Shown in pieces: positions 39,730 to 51,700 of a stretch of DNA of 64,000 nt. Numbering within the stretch: position 1 is the first letter of the stretch; every line of letters starts with the position of its first letter. A model generated the notes under the pieces. The model saw nothing but the letters and a program-made list of their open reading frames with translations. It did not search any database and was not told the DNA's origin. Origin of the DNA: Eledone cirrhosa (Eukaryota); the NCBI GenBank assembly GCA_964016885.1, contig OZ024742.1, positions 319,176,001-319,240,000 on the forward strand, read 5' to 3'. The translations under genes and the position numbers were made by a program.

Positions 39730-42700
39730 CTGTTGTGTGTGTGTGTATGTGTGTCTGTTGCTGTTCTGTTGTGTGTGTCTGATGCTGTTCTGTTGTGTGT
39801 GTTTGTTGGTGTTCTGTTGTGTGTGTCTGTTGCTGTTCTGTTGTGCGTGTCTGTTGATGTTCTGTTGTGTATGTCTGTTGGTGTTCTGTTGTGTGTGTCT
39901 GTTGGTGTTCTGTTGTGCGTGTCTGTTGATGTTCTGTTGTGTATGTCTGTTGATGTTCTGTTGTGTATGTCTGTTGGTGTTCTGTTGTGTATGTCTGTTG
40001 GTGTTCTGTTGTGTGTGTCTGTTGGTGTTCTGTTGTGTATGTCTGTTGATGTTCTGTTGTGTATGTCTGTTGATGTTCTGTTGTGTGTGTCTGTTGATGT
40101 TCTGTTGTGTGTGTCTGTTGGTGTTCTGTTGTGTATGTCTGTTGGTGTTCTGTTGTGTATGTCTGTTGGTGTTCTGTTGTGTGTGTCTGTTGATGTTCTG
40201 TTGTGCGTGTCTGTTGATGTTCTGTTGTGTATGTCTGTTGATGTTCTGTTGTGTATGTCTGTTGATGTTCTGTTGTGTATGTCTGTTGGTGTTCTGTTGT
40301 GTATGTCTGTTGGTGTTCTGTTGTGTGTGTCTGTTGATGTTCTGTTGTGTATGTCTGTTGCTGTTCTGTTGTGTATGTCTGTTGATGTTCTGTTGTGTAT
40401 GTCTGTTGCTGTTCTGTTGTGTATGTCTGTTGATGTTCTGTTGTGTGTGTCTGTTGCTGTTCTGTTGTGTGTGTCTGTTGCTGTTCTGTTGTCTGTGTCT
40501 GTAGATGTTCTGTTGTGTGTGTCTGTTGATGTTCTGTTGTGTGTGTCTGTTCTGTTGCTGTTGATGTTCTGTTGTGTGTGTCTGTTGATGTTCTGTTGTG
40601 CGTGTCTGTTGCTGTTCTGTTGTCTGTGTCTGTAGATGTTCTGTTGTGTGTGTCTGTTGATGTTCTGTTGTGTGTGTCTGTTGCTGTTCTGTTGTGTGTG
40701 TCTGTTGCTGTTCTGTTGTGTGTGTCTGTTGCTGTTCTGTTGTGTGTGTCTGTTGCTGTTCTGTTGTGTGTGTCTATTGATGTTCTGTTGTGTATGTCTG
40801 TTGATGTTCTGTTGTGTATGTCTGTTGATGTTCTGTTGTGTGTTTCTGTTGATGTTCTGTTGTGTATGTCTGTTGGTGTTCTGTTGTGTATGTATGTTGC
40901 TGTTCTGTTGTGTGTGTCTGTTGATGTTCTGTTGTGCGTGTCTGTTGATGTTCTGTTGTGTGTGTCTGTTGATGTTCTGTTGTGTGTCTGTTGATGTTCT
41001 GTTGTGTATGTCTGTTGTTCTGTTGTGTATGTCTGTCGATGTTCTGTTGTGTATGTCTGTTGATGTTCTGTTGTGTATGTCTGTTGATGTTCTGTTGCGT
41101 ATGTCTGTTGCTGTTCTGTTGTGTATGTCTGTTGGTGTTCTGTTGTGTATGTCTGTTGGTGTTCTGTTGTGTATGTCTGTTGCTGTTCTGTTGTGTGTGT
41201 CTGCTGATGTTCTGTTGTGCGTGTCTGTTGATGTTCTGTTGTGTGTGTCTGTTGCTGTTCTGTTGTGTATGTCTGTTGTTCTGTTGTGTATGTCTGTTGA
41301 TGTTCTGTTGTGTATGTCTGTTGATGTTCTGTTGTGTATGTCTGTTGCTGTTCTGTTGTGTATGTCTTGCTGTTCTGTTGTGTATGTCTGTTGCTGTTCT
41401 GTTGTGTGTGTCTGTTGATGTTCTGTTGTGCGTGTCTGTTGATGTTCTGTTGTGTATGTCTGTTGATGTTCTGCTGTGTATGTCTGTTGATGTTCTGTTG
41501 TGTATGTCTGTTGCTGTTCTGTTGTGTATGTCTGTTGGTGTTCTGTTGTGTATGTCTGTTGATGTTCTGTTGTGTATGTCTGTTGATGTTCTGTTGTGTG
41601 TGTCTGTTGCTGTTCTGTTGTGTATGTCTGTTGATGTTCTGTTGTGTATGTCTTGCTGTTCTGTTGTGTATGTCTGTTGCTGTTCTGTTGTGTGTGTCTG
41701 TTGATGTTCTGTTGTGTGTGTCTGTTGATGTTCTGTTGTGTATGTCTGTTGATGTTCTGTTGTGTATGTCTGTTGATGTTCTGTTGTGTGTGTCTGTTGC
41801 TGTTCTGTTGTGTGTGTCTGTTGCTGTTCTGTTGTGTTTATCTGTTGATGTTCTGTTGTGTGTGTCTGTTGATGTTCTGTTGTGTGTGTCTGTTGCTGTT
41901 CTGTTGTGTGTGTCTGTTGCTGTTCTGTTGCTGTTCTGTTGTGTGTATCTGTTGATGTTCTGTTGTGTGTGTCTGTTGATGTTCTGTTGTGTGTGTCTGT
42001 TGATGTTCTATTGTGTATGTCTGTTGATGTTCTGTTGTGTATGTCTGTTGATGTTCTGTTGTGTATGTCTGTTGATGTTCTGTTGTGTATGTCTGTTGAT
42101 GTTCTGTTGTGTATGTCTGTTGCTGTTATGTTGTGTATGTCTGTTGATGTTCTGTTGTGTATGTCTGTTGATGTTCTGTTGTGTATGTCTGTTGATGTTC
42201 TGTTGTGTGTGTCTGTTGGTGTTCTGTTGTGTGTGTCTGTTGCTGTTCTGTTGTGTATGTCTGTTGATGTTCTGTTGTGTGTGTCTGTTGCTGTTCTGTT
42301 GTGTGTATCTGTTGCTGTTCTGTTGTGTGTATCTGTTGATGTTCTGTTGTGTGTGTCTGTTGATGTTCTGTTGTGTGTGTCTGCTGCTGTTCTGTTGTGT
42401 GTGTCTGTTGCTGTTCTGTTGTGTGTGTCTGTTGCTGTTCTGTTGTTTGTGTCTGTTGTGTATGTCTGTTCTGTTGTGTGTGTCTGTTGCTGTTCTGTTG
42501 TGTGTATCTGTTGCTGTTCTGTTGTTTGTGTCTGTTGCTGTTCTGTTGTGTGTGTCTGTTGATGTTCTGTTGTGTATGTCTGTTGATGTTCTGTTGTGTG
42601 TGTCTGTTGATGTTCTGTTGTGTGTGTCTGTTGCTGTTCTGTTGTGTGTGTCTGTTGATGTTCTGTTGTGTGTGTCTGTTGATGTTCTGTTGTGTGTGTC

Positions 42701-45700
42701 TGTTGATGTTCTGTTGTGTGTGTCTGTTGATGTTCTGTTGTGTATGTCTGTTGATGTTCTGTTGTGCGTGTCTGTTGATGTTCTGTTGTGTATGTCTGTT
42801 GCTGTTCTGTTGTGTATGTCTGTTGCTGTTCTGTTGTGTGTGTCTGTTGATGTTCTGTTGTGTGTGTCTGTTGATGTTCTGTTGTGTGTGTCTGTTGATG
42901 TTCTGTTGTGTGTGTCTGTTGCTGTTCTGTTGTCTGTGTCTGTAGATGTTCTGTTGTGTGTGTCTGTTGATGTTCTGTTGTGTGTGTCTGTTGCTGTTCT
43001 GTTGTGTGTGTCTGTTGCTGTTCTGTTGTGTGTGTCTGTTGCTGTTCTGTTGTCTGTGTCTGTAGATGTTCTGTTGTGCGTGTCTGTTGATGTTCTGTTG
43101 TGTGTGTCTGTTGCTGTTCTGTTATGTGTGTCTGCTGTGTGTGTCTGTTGATGTTCTGTTGTGTGTGTCTGTTGCTGTTCTGTTGTGTGTGTCTATTGAT
43201 GTTCTGTTGTGTATGTCTGTTGGTGTTCTGTTGTGTATGTCTGTTGCTGTTCTGTTGTGTGTATCTGTTGATGTTCTGTTGTGTGTGTCTGTTGATGTTC
43301 TGTTGTGTATGTCTGTTGATGTTCTGTTGTCTGTGTCTGTTGCTGTTCTGTTGTGTGTGTCTGTTGCTGTTCTGTTGTGTGTATCTGTTGATGTTCTGTT
43401 GTGTGTGTCTCTGTTGATGTTCTATTGTGTATGTCTGTTGATGTTCTGTTGTGTATGTCTGTTGATGTTCTGTTGTGTATGTCTGTTGCTGTTCTGTTGT
43501 GTATGTCTGTTGCTGTTCTGTTGTGTATGTCTGTTGCTGTTATGTTGTGTATGTCTGTTGATGTTCTGTTGTGTATGTCTGTTGATGTTCTGTTGTGTGT
43601 GTCTGTTGGTGTTCTGTTGTGTGTGTCTGTTGCTGTTCTGTTGTGTATGTCTGTTGATGTTCTGTTGATGTTCTGTTGTGTATGTCTATTGATGTTCTGT
43701 TGTGTATGTCTGTTGATGTTCTGTTGATGTTCTGTTGTGTGTGTCTGTTGCTGTTCTGTTGTGTGTGTCTGTTGCTGTTCTGTTGTGTGTATCTGTTGAT
43801 GTTCTGTTGTGTGTGTCTGTTGATGTTCTGTTGTGTGTGTCTGTTGCTGTTCTGTTGTGTGTGTCTGTTGCTGTTCTGTTGTTTGTGTCTGTTGTGTGTG
43901 TCTGTTGATGTTCTGTTGTGTATGTCTGTTGATTTTCTGTTGTGTATGTCTTGCTGTTCTGTTGTGTATGTCTGTTGCTGTTCTGTTGTGTGTGTCTGTT
44001 GATGTTCTGTTTTGTGTGTCTGTTGCTGTTCTGTTGTCTGTGTCTGTAGATGTTCTGTTGTGTGTGTCTGTTGATGTTCTGTTGTGTGTGTCTGTTGCTG
44101 TTCTGTTGTGTGTGTCTGTTGCTGTTCTGTTGTCCGTGTCTGTTGATGTTCTGTTGTGTGTGTCTGTTGCTGTTCTGTTATGTGTGTCTGTTGATGTTCT
44201 GTTGTGTGTGTCTGTTGCTGTTCTGTTGTGTGTGTCTATTGATGTTCTGTTGTGTATGTCTGTCGATGTTCTGTTGTGTATGTCTGTTGGTGTTCTGTTG
44301 TGTATGTCTGTTGATGTTCTGTTGTGTGTGTCTGTTGATGTTCTGTTGTGTGTTTCTGTTGGTGTTCTGTTGTGTATGTCTGTTGATGTTCTGTTGTGTA
44401 TGTCTGTTGATGTTCTGTTGTGTATGTCTGTTGATGTTCTGTTGTGTATGTCTGTTGATGTTCTGTTGTGTATGTCTGTTGCTGTTCTGTTGTGTATGTC
44501 TGTTGATGTTCTGTTGTGTATGTCTGTTGCTGTTCTGTTGTGTATGTCTGTTGATGTTCTGTTGTGTATGTCTGTTGATGTTCTGTTGTGTATGTCTGTC
44601 GGTGTTCTGTTGTGTATGTATGTTGCGGATCTGTTGTGTGTGTCTGTTGATGTTCTGTTGTGCGTGTCTGTTGATGTTCTGTTGTGTGTGTCTGTTGCTG
44701 TTCTGTTGTGTATGTCTGTTGTTCTGTTGTGTATGTCTGTTGATGTTCTGTTGTGTATGTCTTTTGCTGTTCTGTTGTGTATGTCTGTTGATGTTCTGTT
44801 GTTTATGTCTTGCTGTTCTGTTGTGTATGTCTGTTGCTGTTCTGTTGTGTGTGTCTGTTGATGTTCTGTTGTGCGTGTCTGTTGATGTTCTGTTGTGTAT
44901 GTCTGTTGATGTTCTGTTGTGTATGTCTGTTGATGTTCTGTTGTGTATGTCTGTTGATGTTCTGTTGTGTATGTCTGTTGCTGTTCTGTTGAGTATGTCT
45001 GTTGGTGTTCTGTTGTGTATGTCTGTTGTTGTTCTGTTGTGTATGTCTGTTGATGTTCTGTTGTGTGTGTCTGTTGCTGTTCTGTTGTGTATGTCTGTTG
45101 ATGTTCTGTTGTTTATGTCTTGCTGTTCTGTTGTGTATGTCTGTTTCTGTTCTGTTGTGTGTGTCTGTTGCTGTTCTGTTGTGTGTGTCTGTTGCTGTTC
45201 TGTTGTGTGTGTCTGTTGATGTTCTGTTGTGTGTGTCTGTTGATGTTCTGTTGTGTATGTCTGTTGATGTTCTGTTGTGTATGTCTGTTGGTGTTCTGTT
45301 GTGTATGTCTGTTGCTGTTCTGTTGTGTATGTCTGTTGGTGTTCTGTTGTGTATGTCTGTTGCTGTTCTGTTGTGTATGTCAGTTGATGTTCTGTTGTGT
45401 ATGTCTGTTGCTGTTCTGTTGTGTATGTCTGTTGATGTTCTGTTGTGTATGTCTGTTGTGTATGTCTGTTGGTGTTCTGTTGTGTATGTCTGTTGTGTAT
45501 GTCTGTTGCTGTTCTGTTGTGTATGTCTGTTGATGTTCTGTTGTGTGTGTCTGTTGATGTTCTGTTGTGTATGTCTGTTGATGTTCTGTTGTGTATGTCT
45601 GTTGATGTTCTGTTGTGTATGTCTGTTGATGTTCTGTTGTGTATGTCTGTTGGTGTTCTGTTGTGTATGTCTGTTGCTGTTCTGTTGTGTATGTCTGTTG

Positions 45701-48700
45701 TTGTTCTGTTGTGTATGTCTGTTGATGTTCTGTTGTGTGTGTCTGTTGCTGTTCTGTTGTGTATGTCTATTGATGTTCTGTTGTGTATGTCTGTTGGTGT
45801 TCTGTTGTGTATGTCTGTTGGTGTTCTGTTGTGTATGTCTGTTGGTGTTCTGTTGTGTATGTCTGTTGCTGTTCTGTTGTGTATGTCTTTTGATGTTCTG
45901 TTGTGTATGTCTGTTGGTGTTCTGTTGTGTATGTCTGTTGCTGTTCTGTTGTGTATGTCTGTTGATGTTCTGTTGTGTGTGTCTGTTGCTGTTCTGTTGT
46001 GTGTGTCTGTTGCTGTTTTGTTGTGTGTGTCTGTTGCTGTTTTGTTGTATGTGTCTGTTGCTGTTCTGTTGTGTGTGTCTGTTGCTGTTCTGTTGTGTGT
46101 GTCTGTTGCTGTTCTGTTGTGTGTGTCTGTTGCTGTTCTGTTGTGTGTGTCTGTTGCTGTTCTGTTGTGTGTGTCTGTTCTGTTGTGTGTGTCTGTTGAT
46201 GTTCTGTTGTGTGTGTCTGTTGCTGTTCTGTTGTGTATGTCTGTCGATGTTCCGTTGTGTATGTCTGTTGGTGTTCTGTTGTGTATGTCTGTTGGTGTTC
46301 TGTTGTGTATGTCTGTTGATGTTCTGTTGTGTATGTCTGTTGATTTTCTGTTGTGTATGTCTGTTGGCGTTCTGTTGTGTATGTCTGTTGATGTTCTGTT
46401 GTGTATGTCTGTTGATGTTCTGTTGTGTGTGTCTGTTGATGTTCTGTTGTGTGTGTCTGTTGGTGTTCTGTTGTGTATGTCTGTTGGTGTTCTGTTGTGT
46501 ATGTCTGTTGGTGTTCTGTTGTGTGTGTCTGTTGATGTTCTGTTGTGCGTGTCTGTTGATGTTCTGTTGTGTATGTCTGTTGATGTTCTGTTGTGTATGT
46601 CTGTTGATGTTCTGTTGTGTATGTCTGTTGGTGTTCTGTTGTGTATGTCTGTTGGTGTTCTGTTGTGTGTGTCTGTTGATGTTCTGTTGTGTATGTCTGT
46701 TGCTGTTCTGTTGTGTATGTCTGTTGATGTTCTGTTGTGTATGTCTGTTGCTGTTCTGTTGTGTATGTCTGTTGATGTTCTGTTGTGTGTGTCTGTTGCT
46801 GTTCTGTTGTGTGTGTCTGTTGCTGTTCTGTTGTCTGTGTCTGTAGATGTTCTGTTGTGTGTGTCTGTTGATGTTCTGTTGTGTGTGTCTGTTCTGTTGC
46901 TGTTGATGTTCTGTTGTGTGTGTCTGTTGATGTTCTGTTGTGCGTGTCTGTTGCTGTTCTGTTGTCTGTGTCTGTAGATGTTCTGTTGTGTGTGTCTGTT
47001 GATGTTCTGTTGTGTGTGTCTGTTGCTGTTCTGTTGTGTGTGTCTGTTGCTGTTCTGTTGTGTGTGTCTGTTGCTGTTCTGTTGTGTGTGTCTGTTGCTG
47101 TTCTGTTGTGTGTGTCTATTGATGTTCTGTTGTGTATGTCTGTTGATGTTCTGTTGTGTATGTCTGTTGATGTTCTGTTGTGTGTTTCTGTTGATGTTCT
47201 GTTGTGTATGTCTGTTGGTGTTCTGTTGTGTATGTATGTTGCTGTTCTGTTGTGTGTGTCTGTTGATGTTCTGTTGTGCGTGTCTGTTGATGTTCTGTTG
47301 TGTGTGTCTGTTGATGTTCTGTTGATGTTCTGTTGTGTATGTCTGTTGTTCTGTTGTGTATGTCTGTCGATGTTCTGTTGTGTATGTCTGTTGGTGTTCT
47401 GTTGTGTATGTCTGTTGATGTTCTGTTGTGTGTGTCTGTTGATGTTCTGTTGTGTATGTCTGTTGGTGTTCTGTTGTGTATGTCTGTTGATGTTCTGTTG
47501 TGTATGTCTGTTGATGTTCTGTTGTGTATGTCTGTTGATGTTCTGTTGCGTATGTCTGTTGCTGTTCTGTTGTGTATGTCTGTTGGTGTTCTGTTGTGTA
47601 TGTCTGTTGGTGTTCTGTTGTGTATGTCTGTTGCTGTTCTGTTGTGTGTGTCTGCTGATGTTCTGTTGTGCGTGTCTGTTGATGTTCTGTTGTGTGTGTC
47701 TGTTGCTGTTCTGTTGTGTATGTCTGTTGTTCTGTTGTGTATGTCTGTTGATGTTCTGTTGTGTATGTCTGTTGATGTTCTGTTGTGTATGTCTGTTGCT
47801 GTTCTGTTGTGTATGTCTGTTGATGTTCTGTTGTGTATGTCTTGCTGTTCTGTTGTGTATGTCTGTTGCTGTTCTGTTGTGTGTGTCTGTTGATGTTCTG
47901 TTGTGCGTGTCTGTTGATGTTCTGTTGTGTATGTCTGTTGATGTTCTGCTGTGTATGTCTGTTGATGTTCTGTTGTGTATGTCTGTTGCTGTTCTGTTGT
48001 GTATGTCTGTTGGTGTTCTGTTGTGTATGTCTGTTGATGTTCTGTTGTGTATGTCTGTTGATGTTCTGTTGTGTGTGTCTGTTGCTGTTCTGTTGTGTAT
48101 GTCTGTTGATGTTCTGTTGTGTATGTCTTGCTGTTCTGTTGTGTATGTCTGTTGCTGTTCTGTTGTGTGTGTCTGTTGATGTTCTGTTGTGTGTGTCTGT
48201 TGATGTTCTGTTGTGTATGTCTGTTGATGTTCTGTTGTGTATGTCTGTTGATGTTCTGTTGTGTGTGTCTGTTGCTGTTCTGTTGTGTGTGTCTGTTGCT
48301 GTTCTGTTGTGTTTATCTGTTGATGTTCTGTTGTGTGTGTCTGTTGATGTTCTGTTGTGTGTGTCTGTTGCTGTTCTGTTGTGTGTGTCTGTTGCTGTTC
48401 TGTTGTGTGTGTCTGTTGCTGTTCTGTTGTGTGTATCTGTTGATGTTCTGTTGTGTGTGTCTGTTGATGTTCTGTTGTGTGTGTCTGTTGATGTTCTATT
48501 GTGTATGTCTGTTGATGTTCTGTTGTGTATGTCTGTTGATGTTCTGTTGTGTATGTCTGTTGATGTTCTGTTGTGTATGTCTGTTGATGTTCTGTTGTGT
48601 ATGTCTGTTGCTGTTATGTTGTGTATGTCTGTTGATGTTCTGTTGTGTATGTCTGTTGATGTTCTGTTGTGTATGTCTGTTGATGTTCTGTTGTGTGTGT

Positions 48701-51700
48701 CTGTTGGTGTTCTGTTGTGTGTGTCTGTTGCTGTTCTGTTGTGTATGTCTGTTGATGTTCTGTTGTGTGTGTCTGTTGCTGTTCTGTTGTGTGTATCTGT
48801 TGCTGTTCTGTTGTGTGTATCTGTTGATGTTCTGTTGTGTGTGTCTGTTGATGTTCTGTTGTGTGTGTCTGCTGCTGTTCTGTTGTGTGTGTCTGTTGCT
48901 GTTCTGTTGTGTGTGTCTGTTGCTGTTCTGTTGTTTGTGTCTGTTGTGTATGTCTGTTCTGTTGTGTGTGTCTGTTGCTGTTCTGTTGTGTGTATCTGTT
49001 GCTGTTCTGTTGTTTGTGTCTGTTGCTGTTCTGTTGATGTTCTGTTGTGTATGTCTGTTGATGTTCTGTTGTGTGTGTCTGTTGATGTTCTGTTGTGTGT
49101 GTCTGTTGCTGTTCTGTTGTGTGTGTCTGTTGATGTTCTGTTGTGTGTGTCTGTTGATGTTCTGTTGTGTGTGTCTGTTGATGTTCTGTTGTGTGTGTCT
49201 GTTGATGTTCTGTTGTGTATGTCTGTTGATGTTCTGTTGTGCGTGTCTGTTGATGTTCTGTTGTGTATGTCTGTTGCTGTTCTGTTGTGTATGTCTGTTG
49301 CTGTTCTGTTGTGTGTGTCTGTTGATGTTCTGTTGTGTGTGTCTGTTGATGTTCTGTTGTGTGTGTCTGTTGCTGTTCTGTTGTCTGTGTCTGTAGACGT
49401 TCTGTTGTGTGTGTCTGTTGATGTTCTGTTGTGTGTGTCTGTTGATGTTCTGTTGTGTGTGTCTGTTGCTGTTCTGTTGTGTATGTCTGTTGATGTTCTG
49501 TTGTGTATGTCTGTTGATGTTCTGTTGTGTGTGTCTGTTGATGTTCTGTTGTGTGTGTCTGTTGGTGTTCTGTTGTGTATGTCTGTTGGTGTTCTGTTGT
49601 GTATGTCTGTTGGTGTTCTGTTGTGTGTGTCTGTTGATGTTCTGTTGTGCGTGTCTGTTGATGTTCTGTTGTGTATGTCTGTTGATGTTCTGTTGTGTAT
49701 GTCTGTTGATGTTCTGTTGTGTATGTCTGTTGGTGTTCTGTTGTGTATGTCTGTTGCTGTTCTGTTGTCTGTGTCTGTAGATGTTCTGTTGATGTTCTGT
49801 TGTGTGTGTCTGTTGCTGTTCTGTTATGTGTGTCTGTTGATGTTCTGTTGCTGTTCTGTTGTGTGTGTCTGTTGATGTTCTGTTGTGTGTGTCTGTTGAT
49901 GTTCTGTTGTGTGTGTCTGTTGCTGTTCTGTTGTCTGTGTCTGTAGATGTTCTGTTGTGTGTGTCTGTTGATGTTCTGTTGTGTGTGTCTGTTGCTGTTC
50001 TGTTGTGTGTGTCTGTTGCTGTTCTGTTGTGTGTGTCTGTTGCTGTTCTGTTGTCTGTGTCTGTAGATGTTCTGTTGTGCGTGTCTGTTGATGTTCTGTT
50101 GTGTGTGTCTGTTGCTGTTCTGTTATGTGTGTCTGCTGTGTGTGTCTGTTGATGTTCTGTTGTGTGTGTCTGTTGCTGTTCTGTTGTGTGTGTCTATTGA
50201 TGTTCTGTTGTGTATGTCTGTTGGTGTTCTGTTGTGTATGTCTGTTGATGTTCTGTTGTGCGTGTCTGTTGCTGTTCTGTTGTGTGTATCTGTTGATGTT
50301 CTGTTGTGTGTGTCTGTTGATGTTCTGTTGTGTATGTCTGTTGATGTTCTGTTGTCTGTGTCTGTTGCTGTTCTGTTGTGTGTGTCTGTTGCTGTTCTGT
50401 TGTGTGTATCTGTTGATGTTCTGTTGTGTGTGTCTCTGTTGATGTTCTATTGTGTATGTCTGTTGATGTTCTGTTGTGTATGTCTGTTGATGTTCTGTTG
50501 TGTATGTCTGTTGCTGTTCTGTTGTGTATGTCTGTTGCTGTTCTGTTGTGTATGTCTGTTGCTGTTATGTTGTGTATGTCTGTTGATGTTCTGTTGTGTA
50601 TGTCTGTTGATGTTCTGTTGTGTGTGTCTGTTGGTGTTCTGTTGTGTGTGTCTGTTGCTGTTCTGTTGTGTATGTCTGTTGATGTTCTGTTGTGTATGTC
50701 TATTGATGTTCTGTTGTGTATGTCTGTTGATGTTCTGTTGATGTTCTGTTGTGTGTGTCTGTTGCTGTTCTGTTGTGTGTGTCTGTTGCTGTTCTGTTGT
50801 GTGTATCTGTTGATGTTCTGTTGTGTGTGTCTGTTGATGTTCTGTTGTGTGTGTCTGTTGCTGTTCTGTTGTGTGTGTCTGTTGCTGTTCTGTTGTTTGT
50901 GTCTGTTGTGTGTGTCTGTTGATGTTCTGTTGTGTATGTCTGTTGATTTTCTGTTGTGTATGTCTTGCTGTTCTGTTGTGTATGTCTGTTGCTGTTCTGT
51001 TGTGTGTGTCTGTTGATGTTCTGTTTTGTGTGTCTGTTGCTGTTCTGTTGTCTGTGTCTGTAGATGTTCTGTTGTGTGTGTCTGTTGATGTTCTGTTGTG
51101 TGTGTCTGTTGCTGTTCTGTTGTGTGTGTCTGTTGCTGTTCTGTTGTCCGTGTCTGTTGATGTTCTGTTGTGTGTGTCTGTTGCTGTTCTGTTATGTGTG
51201 TCTGTTGATGTTCTGTTGTGTGTGTCTGTTGCTGTTCTGTTGTGTGTGTCTATTGATGTTCTGTTGTGTATGTCTGTCGATGTTCTGTTGTGTATGTCTG
51301 TTGGTGTTCTGTTGTGTATGTCTGTTGATGTTCTGTTGTGTGTGTCTGTTGATGTTCTGTTGTGTGTTTCTGTTGGTGTTCTGTTGTGTATGTCTGTTGA
51401 TGTTCTGTTGTGTATGTCTGTTGATGTTCTGTTGTGTATGTCTGTTGATGTTCTGTTGTGTATGTCTGTTGATGTTCTGTTGTGTATGTCTGTTGCTGTT
51501 CTGTTGTGTATGTCTGTTGATGTTCTGTTGTGTATGTCTGTTGCTGTTCTGTTGTGTATGTCTGTTGATGTTCTGTTGTGTATGTCTGTTGATGTTCTGT
51601 TGTGTATGTCTGTCGGTGTTCTGTTGTGTATGTATGTTGCGGATCTGTTGTGTGTGTCTGTTGATGTTCTGTTGTGCGTGTCTGTTGATGTTCTGTTGTG

